A stretch of 64,000 bases of DNA from the human T2T-CHM13v2.0 reference genome, Homo sapiens: the NCBI RefSeq assembly GCF_009914755.1, contig NC_060925.1. One strand, 5' to 3'. Each line of letters starts with the position of its first letter. The stretch's first letter is position 1. Of the stretch, positions 14,720 to 36,525 are shown piece after piece. The position numbers were made by a program, and so were the translations under genes. The notes beneath the pieces are model-generated. The model ran no database searches. It saw nothing but the letters and a program-made list of their open reading frames with translations, and had not been told where the DNA came from.

Positions 14720-17700
14720 CTGTCACTTTTTCTCTTCCTTTTGCTTACTTTAGGTTTAATTTATGCTGCCATTTATACTTTCTTAAGATGGAATTCTAGA
14801 TCATTAATATGAAACGTTTTTCCTTTTCTACAATAAGCATTTAAAAGCTAAACATTTCCTAAGCACTGCTTAGCTGTAGCCTACAAATTTTGATATATTG
14901 TATTTTCACTCAAATAAATGTATTTTCTAATTTTCCTTTTGATTTCTTCTTTACCCATGGGTTGTCTAGACGTATGTTTAATTTCAACTGTTTGGGAATT
15001 TTCCAGATAATTCTCCATTATTGATTTCTAGTTTAATTCCATGGTGGTCATAGAACATATTTTATATTATTTTAGTTTTGTTTAAATTTATTGAGACTTT
15101 TCGATGGCCCAGAATATGGTCTGTGTTAGTGAATGTTCCACATGTACTTAAAAAGAATATGTGTTCTGTTGTCCTGTGGTGGAGTGTTCTATAAATGAAA
15201 AAATTGGTTGATAGTGTTGCTCAAGTTTTATGTATCCTTAGCTGAATTTTTGTCTACCTATCCTATTAATTACTGATGGAGTATTGAAGTCTCCAAGTAT
15301 CATTATAAATTTATTTCTCCTTTTAGTTCTGTCAGTTTTTGCTTCATGTATTTTGGAGCTCTATTATTTGTTACATACACATTTGGGATTGTTATTTCTT
15401 CATAATGAATTGAGTCCTTTTTATTATGAAATGTTGCTTTTTACCCCAGGTAATGTCACTTGTTGTGAAGTTTACTTTGGTTAATATCACCACTCCAGCT
15501 TTCTTATGATTAGTGTTTATGTGGTATTCTTTTTATATCCTTTAACTTCTAAACTTTGTCTTTATATTTAAAATTAATTTCTTTTAGATAGCAAATAGTT
15601 ATGTCTTGCTTTTGCTATCCAGTCTCATAATCTCCTTTTAATTGGAGTAGACTATTTGACTATTTGTAATAATGTAGTTATTAATATGTTTGAGTGTAAG
15701 TCTACCATTGTACTTTTTTTTTTTTTATTGGATCACTCTCTGTTGCCCAGGCTGGAGTGCAGTGATACGATCATAGCTTCTGTAACCTTGAACTGCTGGG
15801 CTCAAGTGATCCTCTGGCCTCAGCCTCCTGAGTAGCTGGGACTGCAGGCATTTGCCATCATACTCAGCTAATTTAAAAAATTTTTTGTAGAGATGGGTTC
15901 TCGCATTATTGCTCAGGCTGGTCTTGAACTCCTGGCAGAAGGGAATCCTTCTGCCTCAGCCTCCCAAATTGCTGGGATTACAGGTGTGACCTACCATACT
16001 CAGCCCTAAAATGCTTTGTCTGTTAATTCCATCTTCTCTTGTCATTTCTGGGTCTGATAATATTGACTGATTTTTTCCCTCTTTTAATGTTCACATTTTG
16101 CTGCTGCTTCACATTACCTAATAAGTTTTTAATCAAATGCCAGACATTATAAATATTATGTTTTTGAATGTTTGAACTTTATTGTTTTTCTTGAAAAAGA
16201 TTATTAAAGGTTTTTTTTTTAGCAGGCATTTAAGTTATTGTGGATCAGCTTCATGTTTATGAAGCTTCTTTTTAAATTTTGTTAGGGTGCATCTAGGATA
16301 GCCTTTGCTCTAAATGTTGTAAAGCCTTTCTACTGAGGCTTCTGGGATCTTTTCTTAGTGCCCCAAGTATTCAGTTCTGGCCGGAAGGAACTTGAATATC
16401 TGTCAGCCATATAGCTTCCTGGCTTTTATTCTTTGCCAGGCTTTGTGTAGTTTTACCTTATGCACACTCAAATTATATTCAGCCAAAGCTCAAGGGAGGG
16501 AGTATCTACTCTGATTTCTGCAGTTCTTCATGACTCCCTCTTCTATATTACTGCACCTCACAAATTTCAGCTGACTCAGCTTCTTGGGTCTCCTATATCA
16601 TCTCCTCAGCTCAGCTAAGCCACAAGGCTCTGCTCGTTTGTCCTTCCTGTGCATTGACTAGAAACTGCTTCTAGGAAGAAAAGCATTGTGATTGTAGAGC
16701 TTACTTCATTTGTTTTTCTTCTCTTGTGGATCAGAGTCCTGTACTGCCTTTTTCCATGGTCATATTTTGTTCAATTTTCTAATTATTAAATGGAAGGTAG
16801 GGAAGTCCTATACTTATGGGTAGAAGCAGAATCCTAATTTTTTCTTAGTTGGCCTTATTTTTTAGAACAGTTCCAGATTTATGGACAAATTAAAAGAGTA
16901 CAGTATTCTCGTATACCCCCACACCTAGTTCCTCATTATTAACATCTTATAGTACATTTGTTACAATTGAGTCAATATCAATACATTGTTATTAACTAAA
17001 GTCTGTAGTATATTCAGATTTCCTTGGTTTTTACCTAGTGTCCTTTTGTATTTGAGGAATCAATCCCCGATCTCACATTATGCTTAGTTGTCCTGTCTCC
17101 TTAGGCTCCTCTTGGCTGTAACAGTTTTTCAGACTTTCTTTTTTTTTTTTTTTTTTTTGATGACATTCCAGTTTGAGGAGTACTGGTCAGGTATTTTATA
17201 GAAATTCCCTTAAATGGAGTTTATCTGATGTTTTTCTCACAATTTCATGGATTATGGGTTTGGGACAGGAAGACCACAAAGATAAAGGGCCATTTTCATT
17301 ATATCATATTAAAGGTACATGTGATCAACATGACATCACTGTTTATGTTAACCTTGATGATGACCTTGTTTTCATCTGGTTTCTCCACTATAAGTTACTC
17401 CTCTCCTCACTTCCCATTTCCAGACTCTGCTCTCTGGAAGGAAGTCACTGTGTGTAGCCCATATTTAAGTGATAGAAAGTAATGTTCTACCTCCTTGAAC
17501 CAGGGGTATTATCCACATAAATTATTTGGAATTCTTCTGCACAAAAAACTTACCTCTTCTCCTCTACATATTAATTTATTCAATCACTTACATATATCAG
17601 TGTAGACTCATAGATACTTATTTTGTACTTTAGCTTATAATTTGGCTTTTCTTTCTTTCTTTTTTTTTTTTTTTTTGCTCTATTTGTTACAACTTTAGCT

Positions 17701-17800
17701 GTGGGAGCTCTTTCAGGTGGCTCTTGTGTCCCTTTTACTCCCTCAGTGTGTGTGTGTCTGTGTGTGTGTGTGTGTTGAGCATTTTCTTACTTTCTGGCAC
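14720..17800 (-). mobile_element. Old L1M fragments with an inserted AluJ (~15713-16005)
   Basis: T-rich antisense L1 ORF2 and 3'-end motifs. Confidence 0.7.
17746..17775. repeat. (TG)n microsatellite, interrupted
   Basis: Direct reading. Confidence 0.9.
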
Positions 17801-17819
17801 TGAAAGATATATCTGGTAT

Positions 17820-19623
<1,804 letters not shown>

Positions 19624-19664
19624 AAATTTTGGAATCACCTTGTCAGTATTTACAAAATAGCTTT

Positions 19665-22500
<2,836 letters not shown>

Positions 22501-22542
22501 ATCATCTTTGGGTGACTACTAAACATTCTATTGAAAATTTGT

Positions 22543-22652
22543 GAATGGCGTGAACCCGGGAGGTGGAGCTTGCAGTGAGCCAAGATCGCGCCACTGCACT
22601 CCAGCCTGGGCGACAGAGCAAGACTCCGTCTCAAAAAAAAAAAAAAAAAAAA
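22543..22652 (+). mobile_element. 5'-truncated AluY with TSD GAAAATTTGT
   Basis: gaatggcgtgaacccgggagg...A tail; TSD at 22533-22542 and 22653-22662. Confidence 0.9.
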
Positions 22653-25600
22653 GAAAATTTGTAGAAATAATTTGACACTCAAGGTGATATTTTAATGCAG
22701 ACAGGATTTCCTTTTGCTTTTGTCTGGCTGGCAGACTAGATGCTGATCACTTTGTTCCAGTCAGGAACCGAGATAATTCAAAACTGGCTTTCAAGTCTAA
22801 TAAGGGCTTGTCTATTTCCTGTTCACTCTTCTGTTTAGAATGTGGCCGTTCGGGATCCAACTGAAATCCTGGGTTATCTACTAAAACCCCTCCTCTTTGA
22901 TGGTCCCCAAGTTCCAATTTGTGTGAAGATTGCCAGAAGCTATACTCAGCTTCTCAGCCTTCCAGCTGTTGCTTTTGCTTTCAGATTTGGCAATTGCCTC
23001 AATGGAAAAAGTTACCTCAAATACTTGGGTGGCTTCTTTTGTCTTCTGTCTCATAACTTGTGTAACTTTTCTAATCACTGTGGCAGTGTTCTGATGCCTT
23101 GAAAGCATGCTTTCCTTTTTTTTGCTTCTTTTCTTAAATATATATATTTTGTCCATCTTTCCTAAGCTGCTTTCAGCAGGAGGGTTGATCTGAGACAACC
23201 TAGGAAGCCATTCCAGAAGTGTCTTTCTCTTCTGCCTGTCCTCCACCCTTCATTGGAATATAATATTGTTCCGTGTATCTCATTTACTGCTGTACTCCCA
23301 GCACTTAGAATAGTGCGGAGCACAGAATAGAATATCTGTTGGATTAAAGATGAGGCTAGCCAGGAGTTTGAGGCTGCAGTGGGCTATGATTGTGCTACTG
23401 CACTCCAGGCTGGGTGAAAGAGCAAGAGACTCTGTCTGTAGTAAAAGAAAAAGAAAGAGTGAGGGTGAGCGCAGTGATTTAACACCTGTAATCTCAGCAC
23501 TTTGAGAGGCTGGGACAGGAGGGTCACTGGAGCCCAGGTGTTTGAGATTAGCTAGAGCAACATAGTAAGACTCTGTCTCTCTATATATGTTTTAAATTTA
23601 TTTTTAAAGAATGAATTAATTAGCATTTTATTTGAGAAGATAGAATGGTAATTCAAAAGAAAATATCTTTCTTGTCATTTTTTCAAACCTAAGATATATC
23701 CTTTCTTGAACATAATTATGGTGAGTTTTGAACTAGAACTCCGGACCTTTAGAATTGTAAGCTCTTTTTTTAAAATTTAAAAATATTTTTAATTTAGAGT
23801 TGTCCCTATTTTTATTTTTATTTTCTAAGATATTGTGGAATGTATTTTTTATTTAAAAATGTTTAATTGACAAACAGTAATTATAGTCTCTTATTGATAT
23901 TTCCTTAAGATTTAAAGTAACATCTTTGGTCTTTGTTTCTCCATTTGTAAATGATTTATTCCTCTTACTCATGGACATAGTTTCCATTGTTGTTAATTAA
24001 AGAGCCTTTGAGAGGCATTGAGGGAGGTTGGAGGCAGAGTAGGGTGGACAGAGGAGCAGAGGAGAGAAGAGGGAAGCTCATGAAAGCCACGTGGAGAGGG
24101 AGTGAAGAGCAGAAGAAAGAATAGAGGGGACCTGAGACACTCAGAGAGAGACAGAACCATGGCGTCTGGTGACACTGCTGCCAGAGAGGAGGAGCATAGC
24201 CTTTGAGAATGTGAGCTCTACCTCCAGAAGCACAACATTCAGGCACTGCTCAAAGATTCTATTGTGCAGTTATGTACTGCTCAACCCGAGGGACTAATGG
24301 CATTCCTCAGGGAACACTTTGAGAGGCTGGAGAAGGAGGAGGCAAAACAAATTCACAATCTGCAGGAAGCAGGCACTTGTACAGAATTCAGGAGAATGAA
24401 ATCTCTCCTCCTCCACCCAACCCAGTGGTTAAAGATCAGAGGTGACAAGGTACCGTCAGCACTGAAGTCTACATGGAGGAAGATGCCACATCATATGTTA
24501 GAAAGATTATACCAAAAGATTATAAGATTATACCAAAAGCCATTATAAGGCAATGTCTTTAGCCAAAGCCATTGAAAAGAATGTGCTGATTTCACATCTT
24601 GATGATAATGAGAGAAGTGATATATTTGATGCCATATTTCCATGTCTCCTTTATCACTGGAGAGAGACAGTGATTCTGCAAGGTGATGAAGGGGATAACT
24701 TCTAGGTGATTGAGCAAGGAGAGAGGGATGTCTGTGTCAATGATGAATGAGCAACCAGTGTTGAAGAAGGAGGGAGCTTTGGAGAATTTGTTTTGATTTA
24801 TGGAACACCTAGAGTAGCCACTGTCAAAGCAAAGGCAAATGTGAAATGGTAGTGTATCAACCGAGGCAGCTGTAGAAGAATCCATATGGGAAGCACACTG
24901 AGAATGTGGAAGATGTATGAGGAATTCCTTAGTAAAGTGTCTATTTTAGAGTCTCTGGATAAGTGAAAGCATCTTACGGTAGCTGATACATGGGAACCAG
25001 TCAAGTTTGAAGATTGGCAGAAGATTGTGGTGCAGGGAGAACCAGGGGATGAGTTCCTTATTATTCTAGAGGGGCCAGCTGCTATGCTGCAACGTTGATA
25101 AGAAAATGAAGAGTTTGTTGAAGTGGGAAGATTGGGGCCTTCTGATTATTTTGGTGAATTTGCATTCCTGATGAATCACCCTCCTGCTGCCACAGTGGTT
25201 GTACATGGCCCCTTGAAGTACATTAAGCTGGACCAGCCTAGATTTGAATGTGCTCTTGCCCAGGCTCAGACCTCCTCAAACGAAACATCCAGCAGTACAA
25301 CAGTTTTGTGTCACTGTCTGAAATCTGCCTCTTGGGCCTCCCTTTTCTCCTCTCCTCAATCCTCTTCACTCATGCAGACCGCTTTATTTTCGCTATTTGC
25401 AGTGCCAAATGGACACTGGCATCACAGCTTCTTGTCTGTTTATATATTAAAAGTTGCACTTATTGTACGGTTTTTAATTTGGAGCAGTAATTAAATGCTT
25501 GTACACAATTAAATAGAGTTTTATGGAGTCTTTGCTGTTACTGCTTCATTTTGGGCAATGTTAGCATTCAACCTCTGAGCAGTGAGTGCCATGCTTTTGG

Positions 25601-26404
25601 GTGAAGGCAGATCCCAGCATCAGTTGAATTACCATAGAGTAATGATGTAACAGTGTAAGATTTTTTTTTAACTGACATAACTTTCCGGTTTTAAGCATAT
25701 TTAGACTGTGGCTATATATGCTGTATTTCTTTACAGAATAAATGATTTCTCATTAAGCTTTAAGGATTAGGAAAAATGGATACAGAAAAATCTTAATATA
25801 GTAGAAAAACATCTGCCTGTAATTAAACTAGTTTAACAGTGGAAAAATGCTCATTTTTCCACTCTTAAATTATCAGTGGGTATGATAAGTTTAGTTTCTT
25901 TTTTTAACCAGAATTTTTGTTTGCCAAGCTAATTTGCCTGGTTTTGTTTATATCTTGTTATTAACGTTTTCCCTCCAGTTCTGAAATATTTTTAGATGTG
26001 GCTATCTATACCTGCCTTTTAAGTTTGGAACCAAATCATAGACTGCGAATATTGGTTATGATTTAACTACATCTGCCTCTGCTCACAAATTCTGATTAGA
26101 CCTTTATCCAGCTAGTGCCAAATATTGATCATATGCTGAATTGAGGATCAGAATTCGAGGTCTACACTCCTGGTTGTTAATTTAGAGCTTTTGGTTAATG
26201 TACCTCCTTCAGTTGACTCTAGTATGATCTCCTATGCTTATCAAGCTGATTCCAGGAGATTGAATTTGCTACAACTAGATTCAGTTGGAACGAAAGTCAT
26301 AACAGAAATGGAGGTGATATTGCTAAAGGGAGAAGTGTCAAGCTGACAAAGTTCAGTGTCTGGAGTTTTTCCCCACTAAATTCACTGGGACATGAGATTT
26401 TGGA

Positions 26405-26716
26405 AGTTTTTGTTTGTTTGTTTGTTTGTTTGTTTGTTTGTTTGTTTTGAGACAGAGTCTTGCTCTGTCACCCAGGCTGGAGTGCAGTGGTGTGATCTCT
26501 GCTCACTGCAACCTCGGCCTCCTGGGTTCAAGTGACTCTCCCGAGTAGCAGGGACTACAGGCACAGCCACCACGCCCAGCTAATTTTTGTATTTTTAGTA
26601 GAGGTGGGCTTTTACCATGTTGGCCAGGCTAGTCATGAACTGCTGACTTCAAGTGATCCGCCCGCCATGGCCTCCCAAAGTGTTGGGATTACAGGTGTGA
26701 GCCACCGTGCCCGACC
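26405..26716 (-). mobile_element. AluS with (GTTT)n tail, inserted in the PRKAR1AP1 3' UTR
   Basis: Antisense Alu flanked by the direct repeat gaagYttttt. Confidence 0.88.
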
Positions 26717-26933
26717 GAAGCTTTTTACTTTAGCCTTTGTTCCTTCCTTTTTATTTCAACTAGAATTTCTGGTGGGTTGTGGGTAGGGTATGGTGTGTCT
26801 GTGTTTTTCAAATTGGTATAAAAGGCCATCCTGCTACAAGTCCTACTTTCCTATCTGGCATTTATTTCTCTAGCAAACTTTTTAAAAAGTGAACTTATGT
26901 TTTGAGTCTGAACTGTATTTCAATATTTTCTAG

Positions 26934-27575
<642 letters not shown>

Positions 27576-28084
27576 TATTATTTTTTAAATAGAATTTCAT
27601 AGTTCTGTAATGTAGGCATTTATTTCCATTATGATTTACATGTAATGTAGGGATATATTTGGGAGTGACAGCAAGCATTTTTCCATCTGCGTGCAACTGG
27701 CTCTGATTATTGGTCACCTCTCCTACCCTTTCCCAGGTCGTTTAAATTGGTCATGGTAGGTTTTTTGTTTTTTGGTTTTTTTTTCATTGATTTGAAAAGG
27801 TTTTAGATTGTTACTAAGTATGAAGTGTAAATCTGGGAAAGAGCCTTGATTTACACTTTAGTATGAGATAGAAGGCCACCTTGTTAAAAATTTTTAAATT
27901 TCCAAAATAATCCATATTAAATTAGGGTTTGCTGATCAGTACTTTGTCTTTAGCTACCTTTTTATATTTAAAAAATTAAATATCAATTATGTTTTTATAA
28001 GCTTAAAAAATTAAAGAACCTTCAAAGAAAAAAAAAGACAGCAAGGGCATTGGAATTAATGTTTTAAACAATCAAAATGCTTAG

Positions 28085-28365
28085 TTATAAATCCCAGCAC
28101 TTCAGGAATAGGGGGATTGCTTGAGGTCTAGAGTTTGAGACCAGTCTGGACAACATAGTGAGACCCCATTTCTACAAAAAATTTAAAAATCAAGTTGAGT
28201 GTGATACTGCATGCCTGTAGTGTTAGCTTCTTGGGAGGCTGAGGTGGGAGGATCATACGTGAGTCTAGGAGTTCAGGGCTGTAGTAAGCTATGATCACGC
28301 CACTGCATTCCAGCCAGGGTGACAGAGGAAGATCCTGTCTCTTAAAACAAAAAACAAAAAAAAAA
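28085..28365 (+). mobile_element. AluJ
   Basis: Diverged Alu with A-rich tail. Confidence 0.85.
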
Positions 28366-28495
28366 CCCTTAGGTATAAATATAAGCTTATAAGTTTTATT
28401 ATGTAGTAATCCTGCCTATGAATACAAACAAAACAAATAGATTATTGTGTTTTAATACATAAAGATGAAAATTTTCATAAAAAATTACATTTTGA

Positions 28496-28633
<138 letters not shown>

Positions 28634-28810
28634 TAAGCATATTTTTACAGGGCCATTTGACTGCAAATGATTGTAAATTGTATTTCATACAAAGCACTTT
28701 TTATGAATCTGATTTCCCTGGATGTTCAAGGAAATATTTCTCATGTAGAATTCAACAAAGTACATTTTCTGAAACGGGAAGTAATAGAGAGCATTTATTA
28801 ATAGAGGTAT

Positions 28811-29200
28811 TGTGTTAATCTGCTTATGCTTCTGTAACAGAATATCCAAACTGGGTGATTTAAACAACAGGTATTTATTTTCTCACGGTTCTGGAAACTG
28901 GAAGTTCAAGATAAACATGCCAGCAGTTTTGGTGTCTGATGAGGGCTCTGCCCCTGGGTTGCATTCTGCCGCCTTCTTGCTGTACACTCATGTGGCCTTT
29001 CCTTGGTGCGTGCACTTGGAGAGAGAGTTTTATGGTATTTCTTCTTATAAGGAAACGAATCCTATCAGATCAAGGACCCATGTGACCTCATTTAACCTTA
29101 ATTACTTTCTCAGAGGCCCCATCTCTAAATATGACCACACTGGGGGTTAGGGCTTTACCATATGAATTTGGAGGGAACACAGACATTTCAGTTCATAACA
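28811..29200. mobile_element. MLT1-type MaLR solo LTR
   Basis: tgtgtta...cataaca termini; ctgggtgatttaaacaacag, tttaaccttaattac and atatgaattt motifs. Confidence 0.8.
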
Positions 29201-29289
29201 GGTAGTTTTTAAATTTTTCTTTTATTTTTATTTTTTTGAGATGGGATCTTGCTGTGTTGCCCAGGCTGGAGTGCAGTGACACAATCATG

Positions 29290-30663
<1,374 letters not shown>

Positions 30664-30740
30664 AAGTGATCCTCCTGCCTCAGCCTCCCAAGTAGCTGGG
30701 ACTATAGATGTGTACTCCCACACCTTGCTAGTTTTTATAA

Positions 30741-30953
<213 letters not shown>

Positions 30954-32544
30954 TGAGCTAGCTCAGACTGCTCTTCTTCTCCACTGTGTAAATCTTTGTC
31001 CCACAGAACCCTAAAGTTCCTAGTAGGCACATTAGGAGAAACACATGGCATAGGATTGGGATCTTAGGGGAAGGCCATTTGGAAAGGGATGCCTCTTCAA
31101 CTTCTATCTGTTTTATATAGTTCAAGGTGACCTCTGAGTTTAGCTATATGAATAAAGGCAAGGGGGTGTCCTTTTTTTTTTTTCAGTCTTCCTTAATCAC
31201 CCCTCATGAGCTGATGAGATTAAACATTCAAACACTCAGGCTTTTAAAGATGAGGTCTATTTATTAATAGACCAGTGGGCAGAGGTCAGTGGGCAAGAAA
31301 GAAATAGTGACATCAATTACTCGTCTCTACTCTTTCACCTGTAATTTTCTGTCTTTAATTTATAATGGAAGTAATGGATAAATAACCCCTTTTGCAGTGT
31401 GGCTAGACTCCTGTTGACCAACTTTAGTAGCTTGTTCAAGGGAAAGCCAAATAGAAGTAGCCCAGTTAGTTTCAAAATGTCATCTGAATAAGTAGACCAT
31501 ACACTGTATTAGTGCCAGGCATGACCAGGCTCACCCCTCTTACAGTATTTTCCCTTAACTTTTACTGTAAGCAAGGCTTTGCTTCTCACTGGTTCATTTT
31601 ACCTAGAGCTGCTTTATTAACAGTGGAGGCTCACCTCTAATTGGCTTATTGACTCCTAATGTTAATGCATTGAAAATGAAGATACTTTTGTTGTTGTTGT
31701 TCAAATGCTTTATCTTGCTTGATAAAGCAAGGTTCTGTAACACTAAAAGAAGAATCACCTGGTGGATGCATGGTTTCATCTATACCCTTTATTATTATTA
31801 TCACACAGTGCTATGATATATTTTGCCTTTCCCTGTTGTATCATGTATCAAATTGATTGTCTCAAATTATTAGCATTGTGGCATATAAAGCTGTTGGAAG
31901 GCTAAAGGGGATTAAGGAATTTTACTTTAAAAAATTACATCTTTTAGGAATTTGTATATTGAAACAATACACAAAACAAATTCCAGTTTCCCATTAACTT
32001 ACATTGTAAACCTGGGCAGATGTTTCCATGAGAAGTGTGGTGTCATAGAAGGATCATAAACCTTGGTGTCCTTACAGGCAGTAGTATATCCAGTCCTAAC
32101 TTGTTTTATGACTTTGGGGACATTCCTTAACTTTCCTGAGCTTCCTGAGGTGGTTGAAAGTATTAAATGAGATACAGTAAGGAAAGAAACTGGCATAGTA
32201 TGTAGTGCTCATTAATATTGACTGTTCTTTCTTTCTCTAAATTAGATTGTTGTCATTTTCTAGAGAGAAAAGGGTTCAAGTGAGGGCCTTTCCCAATACC
32301 AGGACAGCAATGCTTACTTTGCATAACCAGCAGCTTCTTTTGGAACTGTGCCACTGTTGCATGTCTGCAGGATGTTTTCCATCAATAGATTCGAAGACAA
32401 TCCTGTCTGTCCTTACAGAAGGAACCACCATATTTTTAGTGAGTTAGTAATTCACCAGATACTGAGAACATAATGCACATAGTATTTTTCAAGAGGAACT
32501 GCCTTCAATAATTTGAGTGTGGGGACAGCAGAATTCTATAATCT

Positions 32545-32843
<299 letters not shown>

Positions 32844-33719
32844 CTATGATCCTAGTTCCATCCATGCCCCAGAGTTGGGGAGTGGAAGGATATAGTTGGA
32901 AGGAAATTTTCCTGCTCTAGCAGACAGAAAGGGAAAATTTTCCACATACTATAATGTAAATTGAACCACAGCCAACACTTCTGTGAAGGAACTCCACTTG
33001 TTTCATTTTATTAATTAAAAGTCTTCCAGTGGTGCCTGGGCTTTGGAGCATAAATTTGGATTTTCCTATCTCCCTTGAGAGATTCCTGGGATTGCCCTGG
33101 CCTTCAATATAAGTTTTGAAATATAAATGAGATGTATTTTCTGTCCTGACTAAAATCCTTCAGTGTCTTCTCATTATAATTATAATTAAACCCAAACTCT
33201 TGACCATGACCTGCAAGACCCTCCATGATCTGGCCCCTGGCCTCACTCTAGTTTTGTACCATTCTTACCTGCATTTGTGGATCTTTCCTCCAATAAGTTC
33301 ATTCCTGCATCAGGGCCTTTGTTTTTTTGGCTTCCTCTGCCTAAGAGTTTTTCACCTAGTATTTTGCATGGCTGGCTTCTTCTCATGCATGAAATCTCAG
33401 ATCAAGCATCACCTTCCCAGACTGTCACCTAATATAGCTACAGACCAACTCCTCAGTTACTCTCTCTTATATAATCCTATTCTGTTGTCTTCATGGCACT
33501 TTGACTATCAAAATTATCTTTTTAATATTGCCCATGTCCTTCCACTAGAATGTTAAACTTCTTATATCTACAAAGTTTAGAATGAGCCTGTCATTCAAAA
33601 ATATTAATTATGAATGAACAAAGAATGAGTGAATGAATGGAGTCTCTGTGTCCCCTTAGCCCACACACAGGGCTCCACATAGGAGCCTGAAACTTTAGAA
33701 AGGACACAATGAAGCAGAG

Positions 33720-34257
<538 letters not shown>

Positions 34258-36525
34258 AACACAGAGATTTTAGTAATCTACGTTCATGTTTAGTCTCTGA
34301 TCTTAGATCTTTGTCCTAAAATCGGTTTTTCTTTTTTCTGAATACATGTAATGTTTTCATCTCCTGTAAGCTTTTATTCTGATTACATTTTAATGGGAAT
34401 AGTGCTTTAAATCTTTCCATTTAAACTATGGGCTATTGGAACAATTTATTGCTTTTCTAGGTCAGTTGATCATGTCTTATAAACACTTTTAGTAAAAAAT
34501 ACAATACAAATGACTTAAAATATAATGAGAATGCAGCTTAGTAAAACATCTCTCAAGACAGCAGGAAAACTATTTCTTACCCTTTTTATAGTATCATATA
34601 TATTGATATATAGGTTCAAATGTCTAGATTTTGCTGTTTATTTTAATATGACTTATTTTTATTTAGTCATTATCTTTTGCTTAACATATCAAGTATTTTT
34701 TAAGAAACTATTATTTCAACATAAATAGCCAATTCTTATTAATGTTGATAAGAATCGTTCTGGAAATTCTGAGGAAAAGTATAGAGAGTATTACACATTC
34801 AAGTAATTATGCTAGGGTTTTAGCAAACTACAGATAATATGCTTAATTATTCTGAGATTAAATCTTGTCATATCTGTAGTACATAAATGAGAACATTTAG
34901 ATATTTGACTTTATTTCCTAAGTATTAAAGATGCAGAATTTTGAATCAGCAGAAACTAGTACTTAGCCATGGTAGGGATCAGTAAATATTTATTTAATTA
35001 ATGGAAAAGTGTTTCTGTATTTTCAATTTAGTCTCCCTCTGAAGGTTTGAGAAGATGCTGTAAGTGCCCTAATAAGCCATTTGTTAAACATTTATCAAAC
35101 ATTTATTGAACATATATTATTTAAGGCCATAGAATCAAAGCAAACACCTTTCTGATTCCTTCTGATTCCTGCTTTCTGGGACTCCACTTATTTTCTTCTT
35201 TTTTTTTTTTTTCTTTTTATGAACCTGCCATTGAGAACATAGCCATTTGTTTTCTTCTTGCCTTCCTCATTTTGTTTCTTTAGCAGATATTAGGTACTAT
35301 GCTTAACAAACTGTAGGGATCTTGCCAGCACTGTCCAGATCATGATTCTACTGCAGAGGCCCAGTATTACGTGGGGAAAGGAAATTCTTCTGATCCTGGG
35401 GGTATTGAATCATTGCTGACATTCTGCTGTTATCAGAGATACAAGGATAAATGGCACGACCCTGCCCTTGCAGAACACAGTTCAGAAGGAAAGACAGATG
35501 TGTTAACAAAAATACTGCAAATCAGTTTGATAAATGTGATAATGGAAGTGTGTGTAGTATACTGCTTCAGAGCCCAGGCTTTGGATTCAGTCTGCCTGGA
35601 TTTAAATTCCAGTGCATTTTGATCTTGGGCAATTTACTTAATTTCAGTTTCTTCATGTATAAAATGAGACTAATAGTGGTATCTGCTGTAGAGTTGGTAT
35701 GGTGATTAAATGAGCCAATAGCATTCAGAATACTTATTAGCTCAGGGACTGGCTCATAAGTGCTCAATAGGTGATAATTGTTGTTTTTAACATTCAGTAA
35801 TTTTTTTTCACCTTGGGTACATTAGGAAACAATCAGGGATAAAAAGCCACATGTCTTGTGTCTGAAAGATAAAATAAGTGGAGAGGGGAAAGCATTTTAA
35901 GCACAGTGAACGGTATGTGCTAAGACATGGATGTATAAGGAAGTGTAAGTAGCTCAGGTATAGAAAATGAGTAAGTTTAGTTATCTTGGAACAGCTGCTA
36001 GAGAGGGAGAACTGGAGGTCAGATGATAAAGGAATTTGGACTTTCTTTTATGGGCTTTGGAGAATAATTAAGAGTTTTATTAGAGTTTAAAATAGAATAA
36101 TTGAAGAGTTTAAGCAGGATACTATATCGTATATTCATTTTAGCAAAGTCACCCTAATAGTAATTTGGGAAATGGGATGCAAGTGGAAGATTCCAGGCCA
36201 GAAACCTGTATGAGAGGATACGGTCATAGTACAGATGGGAGAAAATAAGAGGCTGAACCAGGGCAATGAAAGAGGAAATAGAGAGCAGAGGCTGAACTCA
36301 AGAAATTCTGGAAGGTACAAATGATTGACAGGACATAGTGAGGGAGAGGACTAAGATGAACCTCAGGTTCTGACTTAGGCATATAGATGAATAATGTCTG
36401 TTGGAGTCTTCAAGGGGGCCCAATAAATAGCATACTTCCTTCCTGTTCAGAATAAGACAAAATAATCAGTAAGTGAAGTAAGAAAATATTTCCTTTATTA
36501 CAGATAAAAACTGTTAAAGCAGTAC

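Noticed and set aside
24264-25494. Residual PRKAR1AP1 ORFs as coding
   Set aside because: Early nonsense codon, several more stops and frameshifts, and GTG-initiated fragments only.
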